From contig JAQOWU010000008.1 of the NCBI GenBank assembly GCA_030867685.1, forward strand, positions 372,001 to 436,000: a stretch of DNA of 64,000 bases, given 5' to 3'. This DNA is from Wickerhamiella versatilis (lineage: Eukaryota). The notes under the pieces were generated by a model that ran no database searches, was not told the DNA's origin, and saw nothing but the letters and a program-made list of their open reading frames with translations. Positions 52,277-62,343 of the stretch are shown here, piece after piece (positions within the stretch are counted from its first letter, which is position 1; each line of letters opens with the position of its first letter). The translations under genes and the position numbers were made by a program.

Positions 52277-54994
52277 TCAACTTCCAAACTTGCGTAATTC
52301 GGCTCCGGTAGCCATACGACGCTTTTTACTCCTTAATTGCAAGTGTTCCAAAGTTTCATTCTTCCTTTTTGTGGCATCAGTTGCGACTGTGAAAACTGTA
52401 GGTGCGGCATCAATCAACCATGACGGCTTAATCCCAGAGACAATATGCATGAATTCTCTAGAAGTTAGGACAATTGAGTGATATATTACGTATGTGGGCA
52501 ATGGCTGACGGCAGGCGAGTACTGACTGCGGATGGATGACTATAGCTTGTTCATTCACGGCACCTGTCACTTTGTGATAACTGCTGCCAACTAAACGAGC
52601 ACTGTTCTGAAAATATCCCGCAGTAAGAACTCGCAGCACTAGTTCAGGGTTTACAGATGACGCGATGGTATCTCCCTGATTGACCATAATATGACTGAGC
52701 TGGTTACGAATATCCCTTGCACGCCACATCGAGCGCTCATCGATGAAATTTTGAACACACCAGTTCTTACTGCGATTCTTCTTTGCGAACCACTCGTTGT
52801 AAAGCTTTATGAATGTAAGATGATCCCCACGATGGTCCTGCAGTCGCGTGTGCGCTCTCCGGGCCTCGGCACGTTCTTTTTTGTCTGTAGGAGTTCTCCA
52901 TACAGTATTAGATACCTCCAGCATAGCCGCAAATGTCAAAACTTCAGCAGTACATCTCTCTTTGGATGAAATGATTAGTGTCTTTGCTAGGACCGGGTCC
53001 ATCGGGTACTGAGCCATTTTCATCCCCTGTTCGGTCAAATCACCCTCATCATCAAGTGCACCAAGATTATACAAGTCTTGCAAAGAAGATATTAAAGACG
53101 TTCTTGCAGGTGGATCCATGAACTCGAAGTTTACTACGTCACGAATCCCCATAGCCTTTAGAAGTAATACAACATTAGCAAGATTATACCGCTGAATTTC
53201 AGGAGCTTGATGCGCTGCCATTTCTCTCTCATATGTCTCCTTGGTATAGAGCCGTAAACATTTTCCAGGCCCAGTACGACCTGCACGGCCTGCCCTCTGG
53301 TCGGCCTGTGCACGAGAAATCCGGTTGAGTTGAAGTGAATAGAATCCATGCGATGTACTCCATGAATTAGTTTTGGCAAATCCAGGATCAACTACGTAGC
53401 GGATTCCTTCAATAGTAAGACTCGTCTCAGCGATATTGGTAGCTAGAACTACTTTACGTCCTCCAACCGGGGCCACATCAAAGATTTTCGCTTGTTTCTC
53501 AATAGGCATAACTGCGTAAATCATTCTTATCAATAGAGTAGGTGCTTTGGGATAAAGCTTGAGTCGATGCTCGAGCGCATTTGCAGCTGCCTCAATTTCT
53601 TCCTTGCCAGTTAAGAACACTAGTATATCTCCTGGTGCTTCTTCCATGTGAATTGTGGTAATAGCTTTTAGCATCGCCGATAAATAATCCATCTCGGGGT
53701 TCAGGCTATACTTGATATCAACAGGATACTTTCGTCCCGGTATTTGTAGTACTGGCGCATTTCGAAAAAAAGCAGAAAACTTACCTGCATCCAAAGTAGC
53801 TGAAGCCACTAGTACACGAAGATCCGGTCGCCTAGCGACAGCGTTTTTCAATAGCGTGAATAATATGTCCGTGGCAACAGTGCGCTCATGTGCTTCGTCA
53901 AGCATCAACACTGAATACTTAGAAAAAAGTGGATCACTGATTGCCTCCCGTTGTAATAACCCATCAGTAACAAATTTGATTTTAGTATTGGATGATGATT
54001 TCTCTTCAAATCTTACCGCATAACCAACCACATCCCCTATTTTAGTCTTTCTTTCCATGGCAACCCGCTTAGCAAGGGATATTGCTGCAACTCTCCTTGG
54101 CTGCGTGCATGCGATACGATAGCCTTGTTCCAATAGAAATTGCGGTATCTTCGTAGACTTTCCACTTCCTGTATCACCCACAATCACGACAACCGGATTA
54201 TGGCGAACCGCAGAAATCACTTGACTTTTGAAACCCATTACCGGCAGATCATCATCAATAATTGACCGAGGTTTCGCAACGGGCCATGCTCCAGAATGTC
54301 TACCTTCAGCATCAGCCTCTTCTAGTGGCTCATTAACCGCTGTTTCATCAACAACGTATTTTTTGACATCATGATTTTCCACCGACTGACTCGTTAAAAT
54401 TTCATTGGACAAAAACTTTGGTGTGCTATTTACACACTCGATGTCAATATTTTCGTCATTATCCTCATCTTGATACTCCAAGTTAGTAGCCACATTTCCC
54501 TGCGATGTCAAACTTCCTACCTGTCGATCATTTGATAAATCTTTTAATTTGGCAATGTCAGAGTTCATAGACAAGTTAACTCGGGAACCTGAAATCTTTG
54601 AAATTGTGGCTTTTACTTCATCCCCCGGCCTGAGATTTTGCCTTCCCATCTCTGAGATGTGGATGAGTCCATCTGTGCGTGGAGAAACACCAACTAGCGT
54701 TGCAAATGCTCCAAAGTTTACGATCTTAGTAACTTTTATCACTCTCTGCATTCCCTCACGAAGTTGATCACGGTTCAAAGCACCAGATGCCCCATAGAGC
54801 TGATGTTTCTCGGAGCATATCAAGGCCAATTTGTCGACGAACTCGGGAGGGAAATCTGATAGTTCTGTGCGAAACATCATAGGATCACTCTTATACAATT
54901 CCAATATATAGTCAGCTAACATAGGATCCCGAGTGCTCATAAACCCTTCTAGCTCGGTCATGAGCTCCTCCAGAATTTGAGTCCTGGAAGCCAT
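52277..54994 (-). CDS. PRP22: DEAH-box splicing helicase with S1 domain, Prp22-like (short)
   Basis: S1 domain (NFGAF...DGLIHISEM), GDTGSGKST, QPRRVAA, DEAHERT, SAT, TNIAETSLT, QRAGRAGRTGPG, HA2/OB tail. Confidence 0.85.
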   Translation of the reverse strand: MASRTQILEELMTELEGFMSTRDPMLADYILELYKSDPMMFRTELSDFPPEFVDKLALICSEKHQLYGASGALNRDQLREGMQRVIKVTKIVNFGAFATLVGVSPRTDGLIHISEMGRQNLRPGDEVKATISKISGSRVNLSMNSDIAKLKDLSNDRQVGSLTSQGNVATNLEYQDEDNDENIDIECVNSTPKFLSNEILTSQSVENHDVKKYVVDETAVNEPLEEADAEGRHSGAWPVAKPRSIIDDDLPVMGFKSQVISAVRHNPVVVIVGDTGSGKSTKIPQFLLEQGYRIACTQPRRVAAISLAKRVAMERKTKIGDVVGYAVRFEEKSSSNTKIKFVTDGLLQREAISDPLFSKYSVLMLDEAHERTVATDILFTLLKNAVARRPDLRVLVASATLDAGKFSAFFRNAPVLQIPGRKYPVDIKYSLNPEMDYLSAMLKAITTIHMEEAPGDILVFLTGKEEIEAAANALEHRLKLYPKAPTLLIRMIYAVMPIEKQAKIFDVAPVGGRKVVLATNIAETSLTIEGIRYVVDPGFAKTNSWSTSHGFYSLQLNRISRAQADQRAGRAGRTGPGKCLRLYTKETYEREMAAHQAPEIQRYNLANVVLLLKAMGIRDVVNFEFMDPPARTSLISSLQDLYNLGALDDEGDLTEQGMKMAQYPMDPVLAKTLIISSKERCTAEVLTFAAMLEVSNTVWRTPTDKKERAEARRAHTRLQDHRGDHLTFIKLYNEWFAKKNRSKNWCVQNFIDERSMWRARDIRNQLSHIMVNQGDTIASSVNPELVLRVLTAGYFQNSARLVGSSYHKVTGAVNEQAIVIHPQSVLACRQPLPTYVIYHSIVLTSREFMHIVSGIKPSWLIDAAPTVFTVATDATKRKNETLEHLQLRSKKRRMATGAELRKFGS

Positions 54995-55088
54995 GTAGCT
55001 AGCTTTGACGTATATTATGTAACATCACTTGAAACGTTAAAGTAAATTGGCATGTTTATGCTAGCCCAGCTAGCTATACTATTCGTGA

Positions 55089-55736
55089 TTAAGTACTAAT
55101 AGAGCCCTCTAATGCACTGATCTGTTGTGAGTTTCCTTGAGATTCAACTGGCTGCGCAGAATGTTGTGTCAGGCCATCTTTCGATATGATATGAATATCC
55201 ACTCCCTTGAAATCTATTGGCATTCTTGCTTGTACTTCATCAACACATCGATTAGCCAGGCTTATGGCATCCTCGGTGGACATACCTGGCTTCCAGTATC
55301 TATCCAAGGTTGACAACACATAAAACTGTGCATAGCCGTGAGCCGCGTATGGTAGTTCCACATTAGTTCCCAAATAATCGATCCAGTTCAGAGATACTTT
55401 GGATAGATTGGGATCATAACCAGCCACCAACACATTGACTTGGAACGGCTTCCGCGACCTAATGGACTTCGCCAGCTCAGTCCTCGTGAATGCTGCTACA
55501 GCATGAGGAGACATTTCAATACCATGACGATAGCCATAGAGCTGCACATTAGCCTTTATGAACTCGACAAAATTGATTGTATCCCCTGCTTCGCCAGAAA
55601 AAGCCAACGCGGAGTGTTTATTGACTGGAGAAACTTTACAGTCGTTCGTACTCATCACAGAAATACCTCTTGACAGCGCCTTCGATGTGACAAGGATGGC
55701 TGCGTCCTTAGACTGAAGACCGAGAAGGATATCCAT
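55089..55736 (-). CDS. PRE1: 20S proteasome beta-4 subunit
   Basis: MDILLG...RGISV, GEAGDT.NF.E.I.AN.QLY, SIRSR.P.QVN.L, IDYLGT..ELPYAAHGY, RMPIDFKG. ATG at 55736. Confidence 0.95.
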   Translation of the reverse strand: MDILLGLQSKDAAILVTSKALSRGISVMSTNDCKVSPVNKHSALAFSGEAGDTINFVEFIKANVQLYGYRHGIEMSPHAVAAFTRTELAKSIRSRKPFQVNVLVAGYDPNLSKVSLNWIDYLGTNVELPYAAHGYAQFYVLSTLDRYWKPGMSTEDAISLANRCVDEVQARMPIDFKGVDIHIISKDGLTQHSAQPVESQGNSQQISALEGSIST

Positions 55737-56166
55737 GTGGCGTGAAGTGTGCTTAGTCAAGCACCTAGTAGTATAGGAAGTCAATAGGCATGACTGATAT
55801 ATTTACACCGTGATAAGCTGGTATTACTCTGGGTTATATTAAAATTAAATTGCGAAATGCATGTAGCTTCCTATCTTATGCAGATATCAACAGCACCCCG
55901 TTGTTGCTTAGAATCAAGCAATCGAAGTGAGTGCTAACTGGGACTTCAAGAGGAAACTGTCTAAGTTTCAAAGGCCTGAAAGCAAGAAATATCACCATCA
56001 GCATGATTAGGTGAAGTCCTCATAGCAGTAAAGATAAGATGATAGTTGCAATGACGTAAATAGTAAATGAACATAACGCCATTTTAGCATTGTGCCAGAT
56101 GTAAACATAGGAAAAAGAGGAACTCAGAGAGGCATTACAGGGGACACATCATAGGCCAAATTATGC

Positions 56167-56943
56167 CTATGAAAGGATGCTGACGGCGACAAGCACCGTA
56201 ATCACCAGTATAATAAGCAGGAATATACATGACCATTTACCACGGTTTCGTTGATGTGCCTCTGCTTTATTAAGTTCTCGGGACGCGCTTGCTGTTTGGC
56301 CAGCTAGGTTGGTAATATTCTCTTCGATAGTATCAAGCTGCTGACCTTGCTCCGTAACAAGCACTCCCAAATCTTGAAATAGCGTATTGATCTCGCGAAT
56401 TCCCCGGTGAACATCGGCAATTTCACGTTCTCTTTCATCAACGAGCGAAGTGTGTATATTTAACGCCTCTTCACCAACTTCATCTAAGACTTGCACTTGC
56501 TGTTGGCGCTCGAGTAAAGGTGTTTGCTCATTTGCAGTACGCTTATCATCATTCAATGCAACTGATCCTTGCTCACCACCACCACCATCAACGTGAGTGG
56601 CCGTATTTTGCACAGCAGAGGATACCTCGGCTTGGACGCTCGTGACCTCACGCAATAATACATCATATTGGGATGCAATGCTCTGACTCTGCTGTTTCTG
56701 CCGCAAGCTAAGGATTGTAGGGTCCCACGAAGACAAGTCAACCACCAATCGATTTGAGGTTGTACAAGAATCGGTCACGGTATTGACCTCCCGCATTAAA
56801 TTCTCCTGGGACGTTCTGACTTCATGCCCACGTGATAACCTTTTTATAAGAATACGCGTCCTTTTCAGATGTGAATTGAGGTCGTAGAGACTGTCAGATG
56901 CTTTCTGAGCTAGCGCTTCGAAGGACAGGCTCTCAACATCCAT
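56167..56943 (-). CDS. Endosomal/vacuolar syntaxin (Pep12/Vam3-like Qa-SNARE)
   Basis: EQTPLL dileucine motif, SNARE domain (EREREI..I.EIN.LFQDL..LV.EQG..LD.IEEN), C-terminal TM. Confidence 0.88.
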   Translation of the reverse strand: MDVESLSFEALAQKASDSLYDLNSHLKRTRILIKRLSRGHEVRTSQENLMREVNTVTDSCTTSNRLVVDLSSWDPTILSLRQKQQSQSIASQYDVLLREVTSVQAEVSSAVQNTATHVDGGGGEQGSVALNDDKRTANEQTPLLERQQQVQVLDEVGEEALNIHTSLVDEREREIADVHRGIREINTLFQDLGVLVTEQGQQLDTIEENITNLAGQTASASRELNKAEAHQRNRGKWSCIFLLIILVITVLVAVSILS

Positions 56944-57268
56944 TAGTCATCAGATTTAGTGCTCACGATCCTTTGGCGATAAAAAATTGTATACGAGTAT
57001 GAATTAAATTTAATTATTCCAGTGAGAATATACCTATCATTAAAAATTCAAGAAAGAACCTACTTCGCATTAGACCTGAATGTACATTCTTTCTCCTAGC
57101 ATTTTCTGCACTTGCCTCGATATTCACTCTAATCCGATAATCTAGATTTCGCCACCTATTATCGACTAAAAACTTGCACCTCCCAGAATATTTCGAGGGC
57201 TATGGTATAAATCACGGCACAAATTAATATTACAAACCCTTATCCACTTGTCGACCAACTCTCCCAAG

Positions 57269-57279
57269 ACGCGTCGCGT
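57269..57279. promoter_or_regulatory. Tandem MCB (MluI cell-cycle box) elements of POL1
   Basis: ACGCGTCGCGT ending 21 bp before the POL1 ATG. POL1 is a classic MBF target. Confidence 0.75.
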
Positions 57280-57300
57280 TCTCCATCTAACTGCTGCTAA

Positions 57301-60300
57301 ATGTCGAGGCTTGCTAAGTTGGCGGAACTTAAACGTCTTAGAAATGAGGGAGTAACGCGTGAAACACAGTACAGTGATAGTGATGAGGATAAAGAACTCA
57401 GTGATTGTGGCATACCTGATGCGGATTTTGTGGTGGACGATATAGGTGATGGTGAATATATATATGGAGAGACCGAAGAGCCTCCCCCAAAGCGAAATTC
57501 GCGAAATGAGTCTAAAACTACCACGCCTAGGGATAGGAACGGGCGTCGCGATGGGGATATAGGGTCTTTCTTTCGAAGACCATTGCCAACAAGTAAACCG
57601 AGTTTCCGTGGTATGGGCCAACTTCCTAATTTAGCCAAGACAGAGAGTGCAGGCACTCAAGAGCTTGATGATATTATCAGTAGTGTTGGAAGCAGTCGCA
57701 AACGTACCAGGAGCCGGCCTTCCGTCGACACACCAACACCCGCCCCTCGAATTTCCCGACCGCGACCATTCGCCATACCGAGAATGATGCCTCCGCAGCT
57801 TCCCACGGAGCCGCAGCCAAATGTTGAGGATCAGCAGACCTTAGATACCGAAGAAGCTGCACTCAATGATCCACAGGTAATTGAGCCGCCTATCCAAGAA
57901 GCAGCAGACACAGAGAATTTGCGTGTTCCTGAGCCTATTCTTGACTCGGAGCCTCCTAGTGGACCGAGCATTGAGTCGAATGATGATCTTCCTAGCGGCA
58001 CTCCTCTCACACCCGCTCCTAGTGATGACCGAAATGGTCTTGACGAGGAAATCATGGGAACCGGTTCATACGGAAGTGCAAGCTGGCGTACGAACTTAGT
58101 TTCAGAGCCCACTCAAATCAATCAGAACCAGCAGGCGCCAACTGAATTCGAGGATGGGGGAGAGCTTCAGTTTTATTGGCTAGATTATGCAGAGGTCGGC
58201 ACCTCACTTGTGCTATTTGGACGAACCAGTGCTGGTGAGTCTGTTTCACTTGCTATACGAGGTCTTATGCAGGATGTTTATTTCTTGCCAAGACCTGGAA
58301 AAACGCCTCATGATGTTCAGGCAGAGATTCGACCTCGTCTCAACCTGCCTGTGTTTCGATCTAAGCCTGTTCAGCGCAGATATTGCTTTGGCGATCCCAA
58401 TGTCCCACGTGGTGAGTCCACATATCTTAGCGTACTTGTGCCTCATGGTCATAATTTTAACCTGCAAAGCGAAGGTGAGACTTACTCTCATATATTTGGC
58501 AGAACAGAAACACTCTTTGAGTCGTTTGTTCTTTCGAGAAATGTGATGGGACCTTGCTGGTTGACAGTAACGCAAGTTAAGAGAATGCAGAATGCAACCT
58601 GGAGCCGCATTGATGTCGAATGCCAGAGCCCATCGTGCGTTACGCCAAAAGAAAACGACACGATGCCTCAGCTCACTCTTATGAGTATTTCACTCCGAAC
58701 CGCATATGTGCAATCGGTAAAAAACAAGCCAGCGCATCATGAGATCGTAGCTATCAGTGCTCGTATATATAGAACCGATCATGACACTACTACATCTCCA
58801 ACTGAGCTCCCAAATACACTGATCACAGGTGTCCGTCCTCCACCTGGAGAGGTAATGCCGCCGGGTTTCAAAGATCTTTTGGCTGAACATAACAGTAAAG
58901 TCAAGACTGTGTTTGAGCATCGAAGTGAGAGACAGCTGATCGGGTGGTTCATGGCTAAATTGCAACAACTCGATCCAGATGTATTTTTGGCTCACTCATC
59001 CACGAACATTCACCTAGCCATTTTATTACAGAGAGCGCTGGATCTTGAGGAGCGTTCATGGAGTCGACTTGGACGCTTGAGACTTGCGCGAAAACCGAAA
59101 CAAGTGACACAGTGGAGCGTCCAGCAGGTCTGCGCGGGTAGGTTGATTTGCGATTTGAACAATACATTTGGACAGGAACTTACTCGTGGTAGTTGCTCTA
59201 GTTTCACTCTAGATGAAATGACTCGTGTGTTTCTTGACCAGGCCCGTGTTTCCCATGATTATAACGTGACAAGCTCTCCATGGTTGGCCCAGGGTGCCGC
59301 TGGGATCATGAAAATAATACGGCACAATGAAGCAGATACACTTTATACTATTGCTATTGTGATCAAATTACAGATGCTAGCCTTGAGTCGGAATCTCACC
59401 TCGCTAGCGGGTAATTCATGGGCCCGCACATTGGCTGGTACACGATCAGGTCGTAACGACTTCTTGCTGATGCATGAATTCACGCGTAACCAGTACATTG
59501 TTCCCGATAGACCGTCACGTGAAAACGCTAATTCTGGCGATAAGCACGAGAAGTATCAGGGTGGTGCCGTATTTGAGCCAGAGAAAGGTCTTTATCGAAC
59601 CCCAGTGCTGGTTATGGACTTTAATAGTCTGTATCCTTCTCTTATTCAAGAGTATAATATTTGTTTTACGACTATAACAGATGCGGAGGCGGAGCTCACC
59701 ACTAAGGAAGCTTCCCATAAACCGCAGGGAATCCTACCAAAAGTGATTCAAGCACTGGTGCAACGACGACAGCAAGTGAAAAAGCTAATGAAGGACCCTA
59801 AAGCAACCAAGGAGCAATTGGCTCAATGGGATACCCGCCAACAAGCTTTAAAGCTTACTGCAAACTCCATGTATGGATGTCTGGGATTGGCAGGATCGAG
59901 ATTTGCTGCCAGATCTCTTGCTATGCTCGTAACAGCGAAAGGTCGGGAAACATTGCAACGAACGCGTGACCTGGCCGAACAGAATCATCTCCAAGTTGTG
60001 TATGGTGATACTGACTCGGTCATGATTCATACTGCTGCTAGTGAGTATAATGAGGCTATCCAAATTGGCAATAAATTCAAGAGGCTGGTAAATGAGCAAT
60101 ATCGTGCAATGGAAATTGATATTGATAATGTCTTCGGGTCGCTCTTGCTGTATGCTAAAAAGAAGTATGCGGCTATGAACATGGTGCCCATGCCTGATGG
60201 TAGCATTAAACAGGAACTGCAAATTAAGGGTCTTGATCTGCGTAGGCGAGAATATTCTCAAGTATGCAAGGATGCATCAATGAAAACTCTTGAATTATTG

Positions 60301-61293
60301 TTTAACTCTGGAGATGACTCTTTTGAAACGATAATTTCTTATCTGGAAAAGCTAGGGAATGACATGCGTACTGGCAAAATAGGTCTGAGCAAGTATGTTA
60401 TACGAAACCAGTTGTCCAAAGAAGTAGCAGATTATCCCGAACATCAGCGCTTACCACAACTCAAAGTAGCCCGTGATCGTATCGCAGCGGGTGACGTCGT
60501 CCGTGCCAAAGATGTAGTCGCGTACGTTATAGCGGCAGGTACCGCACCGCCTGCGGAACGTGCATACACTTTATCAAGTCTCCGCAAAGATGGCCTTGAG
60601 CTCGATATAGGATGGTATCTGGAGCATCAAATCTTACAGCCTGTGGAGCGCCTATGCTTGTATGTTCCAGGATTTGATGCTGTTAGACTCGCTGAGGCTT
60701 TAGGTGTGAGTCGTAAAGCAGCGATCACCAATGGTGCAGCTCATTCATCCTATCAAGGTCTTGAAACTGCTGTTGATGATACTGAAAGGTTTGCCGATTG
60801 CAAGCCTTTGGAGCTTCGAAGCACATGTGGTAATTTATTTCATTACACAGGCTTGGAAGATACCAAGCTCACTAATAATGGCATTATCTGCCCTCAGTGC
60901 TCCAATTGTCTTTCCCCTGAATCTGTGATTGTCCAGCTTGAAAAAGCTGTGCGTTCCGAAATATCCAGATATTATCAAAACTGGTTAGTGTGTGAAGAGC
61001 ATGACTGTGGACATCGTACACGGCAAATAAGTGTCTATGGTCGCCGATGTTGTCAACCTCATTGCCGTGGAACGGTCCGGTATGAATACACTGATAAGCA
61101 GCTTTACAACCAACTAAGCTACTATGCTGCCCTCTTTGATGGAAAGCGGGCTGATCCCAAGCAAATGCGGCAGGCGGCTCTGGCTCAGCATAATCGACTA
61201 CTATTTTACCGTGCCGGAATGTCCGTTGATAAATACTTGAAGCAAAATGGTCGCCGATATGTGGACATGGGGAGCATATTTGCACGTGTTTGA
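57301..61293 (+). CDS. POL1: DNA polymerase alpha catalytic subunit
   Basis: DFVVDD.G.GEY, FYWLDY, MGPCWL, KYQGG.VFEPEKG, MDFNSLYPS, QQALKLTANSMYGCLG, YGDTDS, C-terminal Cys-rich domain. Confidence 0.97.
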   Translation: MSRLAKLAELKRLRNEGVTRETQYSDSDEDKELSDCGIPDADFVVDDIGDGEYIYGETEEPPPKRNSRNESKTTTPRDRNGRRDGDIGSFFRRPLPTSKPSFRGMGQLPNLAKTESAGTQELDDIISSVGSSRKRTRSRPSVDTPTPAPRISRPRPFAIPRMMPPQLPTEPQPNVEDQQTLDTEEAALNDPQVIEPPIQEAADTENLRVPEPILDSEPPSGPSIESNDDLPSGTPLTPAPSDDRNGLDEEIMGTGSYGSASWRTNLVSEPTQINQNQQAPTEFEDGGELQFYWLDYAEVGTSLVLFGRTSAGESVSLAIRGLMQDVYFLPRPGKTPHDVQAEIRPRLNLPVFRSKPVQRRYCFGDPNVPRGESTYLSVLVPHGHNFNLQSEGETYSHIFGRTETLFESFVLSRNVMGPCWLTVTQVKRMQNATWSRIDVECQSPSCVTPKENDTMPQLTLMSISLRTAYVQSVKNKPAHHEIVAISARIYRTDHDTTTSPTELPNTLITGVRPPPGEVMPPGFKDLLAEHNSKVKTVFEHRSERQLIGWFMAKLQQLDPDVFLAHSSTNIHLAILLQRALDLEERSWSRLGRLRLARKPKQVTQWSVQQVCAGRLICDLNNTFGQELTRGSCSSFTLDEMTRVFLDQARVSHDYNVTSSPWLAQGAAGIMKIIRHNEADTLYTIAIVIKLQMLALSRNLTSLAGNSWARTLAGTRSGRNDFLLMHEFTRNQYIVPDRPSRENANSGDKHEKYQGGAVFEPEKGLYRTPVLVMDFNSLYPSLIQEYNICFTTITDAEAELTTKEASHKPQGILPKVIQALVQRRQQVKKLMKDPKATKEQLAQWDTRQQALKLTANSMYGCLGLAGSRFAARSLAMLVTAKGRETLQRTRDLAEQNHLQVVYGDTDSVMIHTAASEYNEAIQIGNKFKRLVNEQYRAMEIDIDNVFGSLLLYAKKKYAAMNMVPMPDGSIKQELQIKGLDLRRREYSQVCKDASMKTLELLFNSGDDSFETIISYLEKLGNDMRTGKIGLSKYVIRNQLSKEVADYPEHQRLPQLKVARDRIAAGDVVRAKDVVAYVIAAGTAPPAERAYTLSSLRKDGLELDIGWYLEHQILQPVERLCLYVPGFDAVRLAEALGVSRKAAITNGAAHSSYQGLETAVDDTERFADCKPLELRSTCGNLFHYTGLEDTKLTNNGIICPQCSNCLSPESVIVQLEKAVRSEISRYYQNWLVCEEHDCGHRTRQISVYGRRCCQPHCRGTVRYEYTDKQLYNQLSYYAALFDGKRADPKQMRQAALAQHNRLLFYRAGMSVDKYLKQNGRRYVDMGSIFARV

Positions 61294-61341
61294 AAATAAA
61301 GATACTCTAGTGTTTTTTAGCCTACTAGACATATATTTAAT

Positions 61342-62343
61342 TTAGCGTCCTTCGGGAGGTATCCATACGCTATCCTCGTAGTCTTCCTCCCAGGAGCTCG
61401 CGGGGATAGAAATAGGACCAAGCTTATTTGCCTCCTCAAATGCAGAAATCATTCCAAAATTTACATCCTTTGGCTGCTCAAATGCCGGAGATACCCTTGC
61501 TGAACTAGAAGATGCATAAGGATCAATGTTACCACCTTGTGAGCCATTCCCAACGCCAGGAGGCTTTGTATCGAGGTCTGGGGACACCCCCTCGGTTTGA
61601 TTACCATGGCCTGCTAATGGATCAAAGACCTCACCGCTCGCATCAACAAAATCTTTTTCTGTTGCAGTTACCTCACGAGAACGAAGCTTCTCCATGAGTG
61701 ATAAAAACTTAGACTGCTTCAGCTTTGAGCTGATACCAGAATCTACCTGGTTAGAGGAGACTGTAGTAATAACTTCGTGAGCAATTTCACTCAAATCTGT
61801 ATCCTTATCACTGACATCAGTTTCGATTTTATTAGCTTGATTTTCTGCCGAAGCGAATGCCCTATCAAATGCCACAGGATCAAACTGAGGTGCTTGAGGA
61901 ATCGACGTCGGCGGTTTGTTGACCATTCGTGGATGAATATATGCTAGTGATGCAGGTGCCATAGTTGGCTGTGGATGACTATATCCCATTGTTGGCGCCA
62001 ATGGCCTTTGATATGCATTGGGTATTTGATTTTGCTGGGGTCCATGCCGAGACTGATCTAACGAAAGTCGACTGAACTCCGCCGACCAGTCTGTCTGTGG
62101 TGTAAGATGAACTGGTGCACGTTGTGGTGCCTGGTGTATTGGTGCCTGTTGATTGATTTGTGTAGGTGCGGTGGCAAGTTGTTCGAAAGATCTACTATAA
62201 TCCTCGGCTGACAGGCTGTAACTCGCGCGTAAATCCCTGGGACCATTCTGAGAAATAACACGATCCCTCTGAATACTCCTATCATTAGAAGCAACCTTCC
62301 CCAAATGCGAAAGAGGATTATTTTGTCCTCCGCAAGTAGCCAT
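61342..62343 (-). CDS. PEX20: PTS2 co-receptor Pex20 (Pex18/21 family)
   Basis: N-terminal ubiquitinated Cys motif (MATCGGQNNPL), WxxxF (DWSAEF), Pex7-binding K...SKFL.LM.KL, and no TPR domain. Confidence 0.8.
   Translation of the reverse strand: MATCGGQNNPLSHLGKVASNDRSIQRDRVISQNGPRDLRASYSLSAEDYSRSFEQLATAPTQINQQAPIHQAPQRAPVHLTPQTDWSAEFSRLSLDQSRHGPQQNQIPNAYQRPLAPTMGYSHPQPTMAPASLAYIHPRMVNKPPTSIPQAPQFDPVAFDRAFASAENQANKIETDVSDKDTDLSEIAHEVITTVSSNQVDSGISSKLKQSKFLSLMEKLRSREVTATEKDFVDASGEVFDPLAGHGNQTEGVSPDLDTKPPGVGNGSQGGNIDPYASSSSARVSPAFEQPKDVNFGMISAFEEANKLGPISIPASSWEEDYEDSVWIPPEGR

Noticed and set aside
57147-57156. GGTGGCGAAA (Rpn4/PACE-like) on the minus strand, and a similar GTGGCGAAA near SDH5
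   Set aside because: Neither lies next to the proteasome gene PRE1, which has only a partial TGTGGCG, so no function can be supported.
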